From an uncultured Mageeibacillus sp. (GTDB taxonomy: Bacteria; Bacillota; Clostridia; Saccharofermentanales; DTU023), in assembly GCA_964606165.1 (NCBI GenBank), contig CAZSFQ010000003.1, forward strand, positions 64,322 through 128,321: 64,000 nt of DNA. Reading direction: 5' to 3'. The notes beneath the pieces are model-generated. The model was not told the origin of the DNA. It did not search any database and was given only the letters and a program-made list of their open reading frames with translations. Shown piece after piece: positions 17,259 through 26,260 of the stretch. The stretch's first letter is position 1. Each line of letters starts with the position of its first letter. A program made the position numbers and the translations under genes.

Positions 17259-19175
17259 TTAACAGGAAAGGCTTTCCTGCTGGCCCGGGACGATGATTGA
17301 GTCGATATTCTTACCTCTCAATGACTGCCATGTTGCCTTGGTACAGGCGAAATAGTCGTTAATGGCTGCCAGCTCGACACCACGGCGGATCTTGAGGGTC
17401 GTCGTCTTGACCATGTCATGCAAACTGTAGAAGTAGGAGCGGATCTCCTTAAAGGACGGCAGGCCGCGGTTGATCTCCGCGATGATATTTGCCAGCGCCT
17501 GGGACACCTCATCCTCTGTCGGGTCACGCCGGAGCTCTTCGCGCATCTTCTCCTGGTTGACAACGACCTTGGCCGTAATGACCACATCGCCGCCCGAACT
17601 TTGATGGCCGAAGACCAGGGCGTCCCTGACCATGCCGTGGCGATAAAGGAGCGCCTCGATTTCCTCGGGGAATACCTTCTTTCCGGAGGAGAGTACGATC
17701 ATGGACTTGGACCGGCCCGTGATGACGATACTCTTCTTTTTTGTGAAGCGGCCGATGTCCGCCGTATGCAGCCATCCATCCTGGTCGATGGCCTCGGCTG
17801 TCGCCTCGGGGTCGTTCAGATAGCCTTTCATGACGATATCAGACCGGACCAGGATCTCCCCCTCGCCTTTGCCGCCGTTGGCGATGGCCACCTCCACGCC
17901 GGAAAGCGGTTGGCCAACGGTCCCGAATTCATTGACGCGGGTATTGCCGCCGCTTACGACGGGCGAGGCCTCTGTCAGTCCATAGCCGGCCAGTACCTCG
18001 ATGCCGATGGCCCTGAAGAACTTCAGGGTCTCAAGCTCGACAGGCGCCGCGCCGCAGATAATATGCTGCAAGCGTCCGCCCAATTTTTCCAGGACCTCTT
18101 TCATCAGCTTGCGGCGGACATCGATTCCCAGCTTATAAAGGGCTGTGGCGATTTTCATTCCCAGCTTGAGTTTCCTGTCCTGGCCCGCTTTAGCCGCTTC
18201 GTTCATCACCCGGCGGTATACCGCGTCGAGGATGGCGGGAACAGCGACGATCAGGTGTACCTTGAATTCTTCCAGGTTCTTACCGATGTAGCGCAAACCG
18301 TCAAAGACGTGGATGGTCCCGCCGAAGGTCAAGATGGTCAGAAAACCGCAGGTGTTCTCAAAGGCGTGGTGCAGCGGAAGGATGGACAGGGAATAGAGCG
18401 GGTCCGGGAAAGATACCGAGCCCCGCAAGGCCCGTATATCGGCCACGATCGACTTGTCTGTCAGGATGGCCGCTTTCGATGTCGCGCTGGTACCGGAGGT
18501 AAAAAGGATGGCCGCGTCATCGGTCACGTCAGCTGGAGTGATGAGTTCCGGTTCCCCCGCGGGATCCGGCATTTGGCTCAAGAGATCATCGAGGACAAAA
18601 AGCCTGGAATCCGCAGACTGGTCCATCTCGATGGTTTCCCGGACTTCTTCGGACATGACACCGCGATCCATGATGACGCGGTGGGTAAGATAAGGGAGGT
18701 TGTCACAGACTGCGCTGACGTAGTGGTGCCAGGAGGCGTCATAAACAAACATAACCGACTCACTGCGTCCGAGAATTGGTTCAACCTCGTCCGCTTTCAG
18801 CAGCCGGTCAATGGGGACAATGACACCGAAACCCGATGCCACAGCCAGCCAGGTGACCATCCACAGATAGCTGTTTTCGCCGATCAGGGCGATCCTGCTC
18901 CCGCGCGGCAGCTGCGTCCCGAGCCACTTTTGCATTTTTGACACATCCCGGGCCAGATCGCCGTAAGTTCTGGAGACAATCTCCGCGTCCCGCGGCTTGA
19001 CGCGCCAGCGTACTACCTCGCGGTCCTGGTACAGGTTATATCCTCGCAAAACGACATCGCGCAACATATAGATGGGCGGTACATCATACCAGGTCTTACC
19101 CTTTACAATCTGAAATCCCCCTTCCGGATTAATTTGATTCGCGCGGGACTTTGGGGGCTTTTCGGCTTTTTTCAT
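17259..19175 (-). CDS. AMP-dependent synthetase/ligase (long-chain acyl-CoA-synthetase-like)
   Basis: 638 aa. AMP-binding motif ILFTSGTSATSKAA, plus GYGLTE and TGDIG-like HTADIGRF motifs. Confidence 0.85.
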   Translation of the reverse strand: MKKAEKPPKSRANQINPEGGFQIVKGKTWYDVPPIYMLRDVVLRGYNLYQDREVVRWRVKPRDAEIVSRTYGDLARDVSKMQKWLGTQLPRGSRIALIGENSYLWMVTWLAVASGFGVIVPIDRLLKADEVEPILGRSESVMFVYDASWHHYVSAVCDNLPYLTHRVIMDRGVMSEEVRETIEMDQSADSRLFVLDDLLSQMPDPAGEPELITPADVTDDAAILFTSGTSATSKAAILTDKSIVADIRALRGSVSFPDPLYSLSILPLHHAFENTCGFLTILTFGGTIHVFDGLRYIGKNLEEFKVHLIVAVPAILDAVYRRVMNEAAKAGQDRKLKLGMKIATALYKLGIDVRRKLMKEVLEKLGGRLQHIICGAAPVELETLKFFRAIGIEVLAGYGLTEASPVVSGGNTRVNEFGTVGQPLSGVEVAIANGGKGEGEILVRSDIVMKGYLNDPEATAEAIDQDGWLHTADIGRFTKKKSIVITGRSKSMIVLSSGKKVFPEEIEALLYRHGMVRDALVFGHQSSGGDVVITAKVVVNQEKMREELRRDPTEDEVSQALANIIAEINRGLPSFKEIRSYFYSLHDMVKTTTLKIRRGVELAAINDYFACTKATWQSLRGKNIDSIIVPGQQESLSC

Positions 19176-19193
19176 AACTTGTCACTCCTGTGA

Positions 19194-19706
19194 TTAGTTG
19201 GGATAGATCATGCCGTACAGCATAACATGCGACGCTGTCACGGCGGCGATCAGGATGATGGCGACCAGGGCGATCAAAACCCCTGACACGCCAAGGGACG
19301 CCCCGTCCCTTTGGTGCCGCCTGGAAATGTGGATGCCGACCGGGGTCAGAACCAGGCCCAAAAGGGCAAAGAGGGCACTGCTGCCTCCCAGGGCTATGGT
19401 GGCGTAATAATAATAGTGAAGAAAAAACTCTTTGCCGCCATCGTAGGTCAGATAGTTGGTGAATGCCTCCTTATAAAAAGGAAGCAGGAACAAACTGAGC
19501 ATGCTCAAGGTGAATCCAAAGCCGGTAATGCCCGGCACCCCGATGCGGACTTTTTTTTGTTTTGTCTGGACGGCCGGCGCCTGGGCCGGAACTGGCGGAA
19601 CATACTGAACAGGCGGCTGTTCAGCGGGCTGAACCGGAGGGGGAGCAGCTGCCGCGGGCGGATCCGGCAGCTGGCCCTGGTCAGGCATATAGGTCTGTTC
19701 TGTCAT
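19194..19706 (-). CDS. Proline-rich N-terminus membrane protein; function unknown
   Basis: 170 aa with a Pro/Ala/Gln-rich N-terminal 50 aa followed by four predicted TM helices. Confidence 0.55.
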   Translation of the reverse strand: MTEQTYMPDQGQLPDPPAAAAPPPVQPAEQPPVQYVPPVPAQAPAVQTKQKKVRIGVPGITGFGFTLSMLSLFLLPFYKEAFTNYLTYDGGKEFFLHYYYYATIALGGSSALFALLGLVLTPVGIHISRRHQRDGASLGVSGVLIALVAIILIAAVTASHVMLYGMIYPN

Positions 19707-19839
19707 GGTACATTCCTTTCAACAGGCTTGACGCTGGCTTATGCACGCGGGCATTATCTCACACAAATATGGCGCAGGCTTGAATTTGTAACGGCAGTCT
19801 CAAAATTGCCGAATCCGTTGATTAACACTATGAGTAACC

Positions 19840-20844
19840 CTATTCCTCTTTTGGAGGGAAATCCCGGAAAATCTGATCGAAAAGCAGGTTGACACTTCTC
19901 TGTGTCTCGGAGCTCAGCTGCTCAAAGCGATTGAGCAGTTCACGACCTGTCACGGTCAGCTTGCTGCTTCCCCCCTCCTGGCCGCCTGGTTGCCGGTCGG
20001 CTACCGCCGCGCCCAGTTCCTCTTCCAGGATGTTGAGTATCTGCCAACCCTTGCTGTAGGAAAGTTTCATGCGGATACAGGCGGTCCGGACCGAGCCCGT
20101 CTCATCGATCAAACGCAGCAGGGTCGCGGGGCCGGGGCCGAAAAATACCGAATCACGGGCAAGACTCAGCTTGAGGCGGGCACGCATTGGCAAAGGATCC
20201 TCTTCGATCCATCCAGGCTTCCGGCCCGGGGAATCGACCAGCCTGTCCAAGCCGCTGAGAATTCCCGGGTCGCTGACGGCAATCCTTTCAACCGGACCCG
20301 GTGACAGGGAAACCAGATCAGCCGGGGTCTTCCCGGCTGATCGCCGGGGGATTTTCGCGATTACCCCCCGGTGAAAAGCAAGGGGCAGCCCCTCCTCGCC
20401 TTCAAAAACGGGAACAGCGACCGGCTCCCCCGACGCCAATAAGGTCATCAGCGTTTCCTTGCTGACCGAAGGAATCAGGGGTGTGGCCAGCAGTACTTTT
20501 TCGCAGGCCGGACAGGTCCTTTCCGCGTAGTCCAGACCCATCATGGCGTCGTCAAAAAAGGTGGACTCCTTCCAGTCTGGATTGTTGAGACACACGACGC
20601 TCATCCTGGCCAGATGGCGCTCCAGCAGCTCATTCTCAAATCCTGTAATCACGATAACCGGGGCTGTTCCGACGAGTTGGAAGCGGATGATCACCCGCTC
20701 TATCAAGGTCACCTGGCCCAGGCGGATCATGGCCGGGGGCAGGTCACGCTCATCGCCGGCGAATCCGGCCGCCGCAAGGGCTGGATCAGGTGGCTTGGAG
20801 GCGACGATGACCGCCGCCCCGCGTGCGGCTTGAACCAGGTTCAT
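19840..20844 (-). CDS. MocA/YgfJ-like nucleotidyltransferase domain with degenerate motifs, fused to a ModE-N-terminal-type winged-helix DNA-binding domain
   Basis: The N-terminal ~200 aa is MobA/MocA-like (VIVITGFENELLERHL, NNPDW). The C-terminal ~110 aa, FGPGPATLLRLIDETGSVRTACIRMKLSYSKGWQILNILEEELG...GGQEGGSSKLTVTGRELL, matches the ModE N-terminal HTH pattern. The start overlaps the xdh stop as ATGA. Confidence 0.65.
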   Translation of the reverse strand: MNLVQAARGAAVIVASKPPDPALAAAGFAGDERDLPPAMIRLGQVTLIERVIIRFQLVGTAPVIVITGFENELLERHLARMSVVCLNNPDWKESTFFDDAMMGLDYAERTCPACEKVLLATPLIPSVSKETLMTLLASGEPVAVPVFEGEEGLPLAFHRGVIAKIPRRSAGKTPADLVSLSPGPVERIAVSDPGILSGLDRLVDSPGRKPGWIEEDPLPMRARLKLSLARDSVFFGPGPATLLRLIDETGSVRTACIRMKLSYSKGWQILNILEEELGAAVADRQPGGQEGGSSKLTVTGRELLNRFEQLSSETQRSVNLLFDQIFRDFPPKEE

Positions 20845-23411
20845 GCCTTCTTCTTCCGGTAGAAGGTATCATCCATGGGAAGGCTGGTCCGCATCCTGCC
20901 ATCCAGCCGGAAGTAGGCGTGGGCGACAGAGGGCGCGATGGGAATACAGGCAAGCTCGCCGATTCCGCGGGCGCCGTAGGCGACGTCTACGTAGCCTGGT
21001 CCCTTGACGATATGGGTTTCGATTTCCGGGATGCGATTGGCCCGGAAAAGACCGTAAGTACCCAGTTTGAACTTGGGGATGCCGCCGGGGTTGACAAACT
21101 CTTCCGTCAAGGCATAGCCAAGGCCCATGACACAGCCGCCTTCAATTTGTCCTTCCACCGCGGTGACATTGACCGGCGTCCCGACATCGTAGGCACCCAC
21201 CATCCTTTGAATCTCCCCTTTTTCGTCAGGGATGGCCACCTCGCAGCCGTAGCTGTAGCCGATGTGGCTTACCGGATGCTCCTTGGGCGATCCGAGCGGA
21301 TCCGTGGGCGGACCGAATTCACCGAAGAACTCCATGCCCTCCATCCTGGAAAGGTCTCCGCCCACAGCGCCCAGGGCTGCTTTTAAGTCCTGAGCCGCCT
21401 GCCGTGCGGCCTCCCCGGTAAAGAGAGTCTGGCGCGAAGCCGTGCTGGTGCCGGCATCCGGCGTGCGGTCCGTATTGGGCAATTCAAAGACTGTATCGGT
21501 TACTTCACAGTCCAGGGTTTGACAAACAATCGAAGTCACCACCTGAGCGACACCCTGTCCTGAGCAGGCGGCAGACGTGCGGATGTGGATTTTCCCTTTC
21601 TCAACCGACAGGGTGCAGCGCCCGAAATCCGGAACACCGACGCCCAGGCCGCTGTTTTTGAAACTGCAGGCGATCCCCGCGTAAGGGCTGGATTCATAGG
21701 CTTCCCTGACCGCCTCAAGGCACTCGGCAAGGCCGCAGCTGGGATCGACAATCTGGCCGTTGGGGAGCACATCGCCCGGTCTGACTGCATTGAGATAGCG
21801 GAATTCCCAGGGGTCCATGCCGCACTTATCCGCCAGGAGGTTCAGGTTGCATTCCATGGCGTAGCAGCTTTGGGTGACTCCGAAACCCCGGAAGGCGCCC
21901 GAGACAACATTGTTGGTGTAAACGGCCTTGCCCGAGATGTCAATATTCTGAAAATTGTAGGGCCCCGCCGCGTGGGTACAGGCCCGCTGGGTGACGGGTC
22001 CGCCAAGCGAGGCGTAGGCGCCTGTATCGGCGATGATCTCCGCGACGAGGGCCGTCACGCGGCCGTCCGCGTCACAGGATGTTGTCATTTTCATGGTCAT
22101 GGGATGCCGTTTGGTATGGACAATGGTGCTTTCATAGCGGGACAGCCTGACATTGACCCGGCGCCCCGTTTTCCAGGCCAGCAGGGCCGCGTGATGCTGG
22201 ACACTCATGTCCTCACGGCCCCCGAAAGCGCCGCCGACCAGGGCTGACTGGACATGCACCCGCTCCGGCTCGATCTTCAGCATCTCGGACACTTCCCGCT
22301 GCTCATCGTAAATGGACTGGGAGGCTGTAATCAGGTGGACACCGCCATCTTCGGAAGGCCAGCCGATGGCGCACTCCGGCTCCAGAAAGGCATGTTCCTG
22401 CCATGAGACCTGGTAGGTTTCCGTCACCACATGCGCCGCCTCGGCGACAGCCTTGCGCGCGTCACCCCGGATCAGCCGTTCGCTTGACAGGATATTGCCC
22501 TTTTCATGGATCTTGGGGGCGCCTTCCTTCATGGCCTCAAAGGGATCAAGAAGAGGCTCAAGTTCCGTGTAGTCGACCTCAATCAGATCAAGCACTTCCT
22601 GGAGGCTCTCCCGCTTGCCTGTCGCCACCAGGGCGACCGAATCACCGATGTAGCGTGTAATCTCCCCCTCGGCTATCATGACATCCCAGTCCCGCACAAT
22701 GTGGCCGATTGTGTTGTTGGGCACATCAGCCGCGGTCAGAACCGCGACACAGTCTGGATGCTGGAGAGCCTTTGACACATCGATCCTGTTGACGCGGGCG
22801 CGCGGATAAGGGGTTCGCAGAGCCCGGCCGTAGATCATGTCGTCGAAGCTGTAGTCATCCGGGAATTTGCCGGTACCCAGCACCTTTTCCATGACGTCGA
22901 TGCGCTGGGACCGGTCCCCGACGCGGATCTCCTTATCTGCTTCGGGGATACTTTTATCCTCCCGAAAGAACCTGGCAGCCAACTCGATGGCGTCGATTAT
23001 TTTTTTATAGCCGGTACAGCGGCAGAGATTGCCTGTGATGGCCTTTTTGATTTCCTGGCGGGTCGGATCCGGATTTTGATCGAGAAGGACCTTGGCGGCC
23101 ATGACCATTCCCGGTGTGCAAAAACCGCACTGAACCGCGCCGCACTCGGCAAATGTATGGACATAAACTTCCTTCTCACGCGGGGTCAGACCCTCGACGG
23201 TCATGATACTGGATCCGTCAAACCTCGATACATTCATGATGCATGATTTGACAAGTTTGCCGTCCGCGATGACTGAGCAGGTGCCGCAGGTACCTTCACT
23301 GCAGCCATCCTTGACCGAGGTCAGGCCGAGATCGTCACGCAGAAAATCGATCAGCCGCTTATCCTCCGGAACACGATAAATCTGCCGGTTGACTGTTAGA
23401 GCCCAGGCCAT
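20841..23411 (-). CDS. xdhD: Molybdopterin-dependent hydroxylase of the XdhD / aldehyde-oxidoreductase type, with fused [2Fe-2S] and Mo-cofactor domains
   Basis: N-terminal GCSEGTCGTCSV, CGFCTPG and CRCTGY 2Fe-2S motifs, followed by ~700 aa of Ald_Xan_dh large-subunit sequence. The ATG at 23411 has an AAGGAGG RBS. Confidence 0.8.
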   Translation of the reverse strand: MAWALTVNRQIYRVPEDKRLIDFLRDDLGLTSVKDGCSEGTCGTCSVIADGKLVKSCIMNVSRFDGSSIMTVEGLTPREKEVYVHTFAECGAVQCGFCTPGMVMAAKVLLDQNPDPTRQEIKKAITGNLCRCTGYKKIIDAIELAARFFREDKSIPEADKEIRVGDRSQRIDVMEKVLGTGKFPDDYSFDDMIYGRALRTPYPRARVNRIDVSKALQHPDCVAVLTAADVPNNTIGHIVRDWDVMIAEGEITRYIGDSVALVATGKRESLQEVLDLIEVDYTELEPLLDPFEAMKEGAPKIHEKGNILSSERLIRGDARKAVAEAAHVVTETYQVSWQEHAFLEPECAIGWPSEDGGVHLITASQSIYDEQREVSEMLKIEPERVHVQSALVGGAFGGREDMSVQHHAALLAWKTGRRVNVRLSRYESTIVHTKRHPMTMKMTTSCDADGRVTALVAEIIADTGAYASLGGPVTQRACTHAAGPYNFQNIDISGKAVYTNNVVSGAFRGFGVTQSCYAMECNLNLLADKCGMDPWEFRYLNAVRPGDVLPNGQIVDPSCGLAECLEAVREAYESSPYAGIACSFKNSGLGVGVPDFGRCTLSVEKGKIHIRTSAACSGQGVAQVVTSIVCQTLDCEVTDTVFELPNTDRTPDAGTSTASRQTLFTGEAARQAAQDLKAALGAVGGDLSRMEGMEFFGEFGPPTDPLGSPKEHPVSHIGYSYGCEVAIPDEKGEIQRMVGAYDVGTPVNVTAVEGQIEGGCVMGLGYALTEEFVNPGGIPKFKLGTYGLFRANRIPEIETHIVKGPGYVDVAYGARGIGELACIPIAPSVAHAYFRLDGRMRTSLPMDDTFYRKKKA

Positions 23412-23455
23412 GATTGCTTCCTCCTTAATTGATCTTGCTTCCACTCACCCTTGAA

Positions 23456-24859
23456 TCAGCGGATATCCCGGTCCGGCAGCTGCCTTCTCAGGTACTGGCC
23501 ATCCGCTTCCTCAATCACAATCTTACCAGAAGCGACCTTGTGGCGGCCCCGCAAAAACACGTCACGCACCCTGCCTTTGAGCTCGAAGTTCTCGTAGGGG
23601 GTGTAGTCACAGTTTTCGTGGAGATCCTCCCCCTTGACCGTCCATCGCGGCTCGGGGTCGAAGACGACAATATCCGCGTCACTGCCCGCTTCCAGGATGC
23701 CCTTGCGGGGGTATAAACCGAAATATTTTGCCGCGTTGGTTGAGGCAACTTCGGAAAAACGATTGATGTCCATCCGGCCCTGGGCGACGCCATAGGTGTA
23801 GAGCAAGTGCATCCTCAGCTCAATCCCCGGCGCGCCGTTTGGGATTTTCGAAAAATCGTCCCGGCCCATTTCTTTCTGGCCCTTGAAATTGAAGGAGCAG
23901 TGATCGGTACCAACGAACTGGATTTCCCCGGACGCGAGTCCTTTCCAAAGGGCTTCCTGGTCCCGGCGCTCACGAAGCGGCGGGCTCATGATATACTTGG
24001 CCGCCTCAAAATCCTCACTGGTGGGTGTCCCGTAGCGGGAGGCGTCAAGGAGCAGGTACTGCGGACACGTTTCAACAAGGATATGGATGCCGCGTTCCCT
24101 GGACCGGTTGATGGCTGTCAGGCCCCTTGCTGTCGACAGGTGAACGATGTGGTGAGTGGCGTGAAGGAGGTGGTTGACCGCCTCCAGGCGCACGATGGCC
24201 TCTTCCTCCAGTTCGGCCGGCCGGCTGATCTGATGATAATAGGGTGATAAATGCCCCTTTTCGCGCTCACGGCGGACCAGGACATCGATGAGCAGGCCGT
24301 TTTCACAGTGAAAGCCAATGGTGGCCCCCAGACGCTGCGTTTCTTCCAGGGCATGGTAGATCTCATCCTCCTGGACCATCATGTTATCTTTGTAGGCCAT
24401 GTACATTTTGAAGGAGCTGACGCCGCCGGCAACGATTGATTCCATCTCCTTTTTCAGCTGGCTGTTCCACTCCGTCAGCGCCATATGGAAACCGTAGTCG
24501 ATGGCGCATTTGCCATCCGCTTTTTCGTGCCAGCGCTTCAGACCCTGGGCCATGGTTTCGCCGTGGAACTGGGTCGCGAAATCGATGACCGTTGTCGTGC
24601 CTCCGGCCAGGGCCGCCCGCGTACCGCTCGCGAAATCGTCGGCCGTCACCGTACCCATCGACTCCAGCTGGAGGTGGGTGTGGGTCTCGATCCCGCCCGG
24701 CAGGAAATAGAAACCGCGGCAGTCGAGCACCTCCTCGTTCTCACGGGGCGTCAGCTTGCCTGTTTCTTCAATGATTTCACCTTTGATTCGGATACTTCCC
24801 CGGACTGTTTCCCGGGGCAGGACGATGAAGCCGTCCTTGAGCAATAGGGATTGTTCCAT
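23456..24859 (-). CDS. hyuA: Dihydropyrimidinase / D-hydantoinase family cyclic amidohydrolase
   Basis: HTHLQL metal motif, SSFKMYMAYK (carboxylated Lys) and VGTDHCSF. 467 aa. Confidence 0.85.
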   Translation of the reverse strand: MEQSLLLKDGFIVLPRETVRGSIRIKGEIIEETGKLTPRENEEVLDCRGFYFLPGGIETHTHLQLESMGTVTADDFASGTRAALAGGTTTVIDFATQFHGETMAQGLKRWHEKADGKCAIDYGFHMALTEWNSQLKKEMESIVAGGVSSFKMYMAYKDNMMVQEDEIYHALEETQRLGATIGFHCENGLLIDVLVRREREKGHLSPYYHQISRPAELEEEAIVRLEAVNHLLHATHHIVHLSTARGLTAINRSRERGIHILVETCPQYLLLDASRYGTPTSEDFEAAKYIMSPPLRERRDQEALWKGLASGEIQFVGTDHCSFNFKGQKEMGRDDFSKIPNGAPGIELRMHLLYTYGVAQGRMDINRFSEVASTNAAKYFGLYPRKGILEAGSDADIVVFDPEPRWTVKGEDLHENCDYTPYENFELKGRVRDVFLRGRHKVASGKIVIEEADGQYLRRQLPDRDIR

Positions 24860-24879
24860 CTTAACCTCTTTGATTGATC

Positions 24880-24903
24880 AGCGCCCCGGCTCGCCGGGGC
24901 GCT
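24880..24903 (-). other. GC-rich intercistronic stem-loop between ssnA and hyuA
   Basis: AGCGCCCCGG-CGAG-CCGGGGCGCU forms a 10-bp perfect stem with no U-tract. Confidence 0.5.
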
Positions 24904-24911
24904 CCAGAGTC

Positions 24912-26234
24912 TTACAGATTCGGCCAGATGGCCGCGGCGCGTTTGGCTGTGCGGGCGAATATCTTCTTTTCATCAACCGTCAGTATCTCGCGGTTGCGCA
25001 TAACAAGCTTGCCGTTGATTACCACGTCATTGGTCATACGGCCGTAGCCGCCAAAAAGCAGATGGCCCTTCCAGTTGTCGCCGCCAAAAGGCGTGAAGGG
25101 GAAATAATCAAGCGTGATAACATCGGCATAGGCCCCCGCTTTCAAGACGCCCAGAGGCCGCTTGAAGTGAAGGGCCGCGATGGCCGGATTGCCCTCATAC
25201 TGCAATTGCAGCGCCTGGCTGAAACCGACCGTGGGGTCGGACAGGCGGTGGGACTGCAGAATTTTCGATACCTTGATTGATTCAAACATGTCGTGGGTGT
25301 AGGCGTCTGTCCCCAGTCCCAGCCGGATGCCGCGGCGCAGCATGCCAAGGACAGGGGTTGCCCCCACGGCGTTGCCCATGTTGGACATGGGGTTGTGGAC
25401 GACCGTGGTATCGGTTTCCGCCAGAATATCGAGTTCACGACCGTTGACATTGACGGCATGGACGGCGATGGATCTGGGACCCAGCAGGCCCCAGCCGAGC
25501 AGGCGCTCGGTCACCCTCATGTCGTACTTCTTCAGGCTGTCGTACTGATCCTCCCTGCCTTCGCCGACATGGATATGGTAGCCTGCCTCAATGCCATCCA
25601 TGGCCTTTTTGACCTTTTCCATGGTTTTGTCGGAGATGGTGAAAGAGGCGTGCATGCCGAACATGCCTTTCACCATATCCTGTTCATCGGTGTTCATGGC
25701 CTTGATGAAGTTGACGTTTTCCTTGATTTCCTGATCCGCGGTTTTCACACCGTCCCGGTCGGACAGCTCCATGGAAAAAGAGCCGCGGATGCCGGTCTTC
25801 TTTGCCGCCTCAGCCAGGGTAAACAGCGACCCCTCCACAGCATGGGGACTGGCGTGGTGGTCAAACAGGGTGGTCACACCGTTGCGGATGCTGTCGATGT
25901 AGGTCGTATAGGCTGACAGCTCGTTGTCTTCCATGGTCAGGCTTCGGTCGAGTGCCCACCAGAGGTTTTTCAGTATCTCGGGGAAATTCCGCGTCGGCTT
26001 TGATACCCCCATGCCCCGGGCGTAGGAGCTGTAGATATGGGTGTGCGCGTTGATCATGCCTGGCATGATGACGCGGCCCTGCGCGTCCAGCACCTCATCA
26101 TCCGGGTATTGTTTTTTCAAGTCATCAAAGTCGCCCACCGCGTCAATCAGCTGATCGACTATGCGCAGGCCGCCATTTTCAAAGTAGGGGTGATCGGGAT
26201 CGTTGGTCACCAGTCTTCCCTTGCCGATAATCAT
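24912..26234 (-). CDS. ssnA: SsnA-type putative aminohydrolase (chlorohydrolase / guanine-deaminase superfamily)
   Basis: 440 aa. MPGMINAHTHIYSS HxH motif with amidohydrolase His and Asp residues (HVGEG, HAVN, LGTD). Sits in ygfK-ssnA synteny. Confidence 0.75.
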   Translation of the reverse strand: MIIGKGRLVTNDPDHPYFENGGLRIVDQLIDAVGDFDDLKKQYPDDEVLDAQGRVIMPGMINAHTHIYSSYARGMGVSKPTRNFPEILKNLWWALDRSLTMEDNELSAYTTYIDSIRNGVTTLFDHHASPHAVEGSLFTLAEAAKKTGIRGSFSMELSDRDGVKTADQEIKENVNFIKAMNTDEQDMVKGMFGMHASFTISDKTMEKVKKAMDGIEAGYHIHVGEGREDQYDSLKKYDMRVTERLLGWGLLGPRSIAVHAVNVNGRELDILAETDTTVVHNPMSNMGNAVGATPVLGMLRRGIRLGLGTDAYTHDMFESIKVSKILQSHRLSDPTVGFSQALQLQYEGNPAIAALHFKRPLGVLKAGAYADVITLDYFPFTPFGGDNWKGHLLFGGYGRMTNDVVINGKLVMRNREILTVDEKKIFARTAKRAAAIWPNL

Positions 26235-26260
26235 CTTCTACCTCCTGTCAAATAGGCTGT

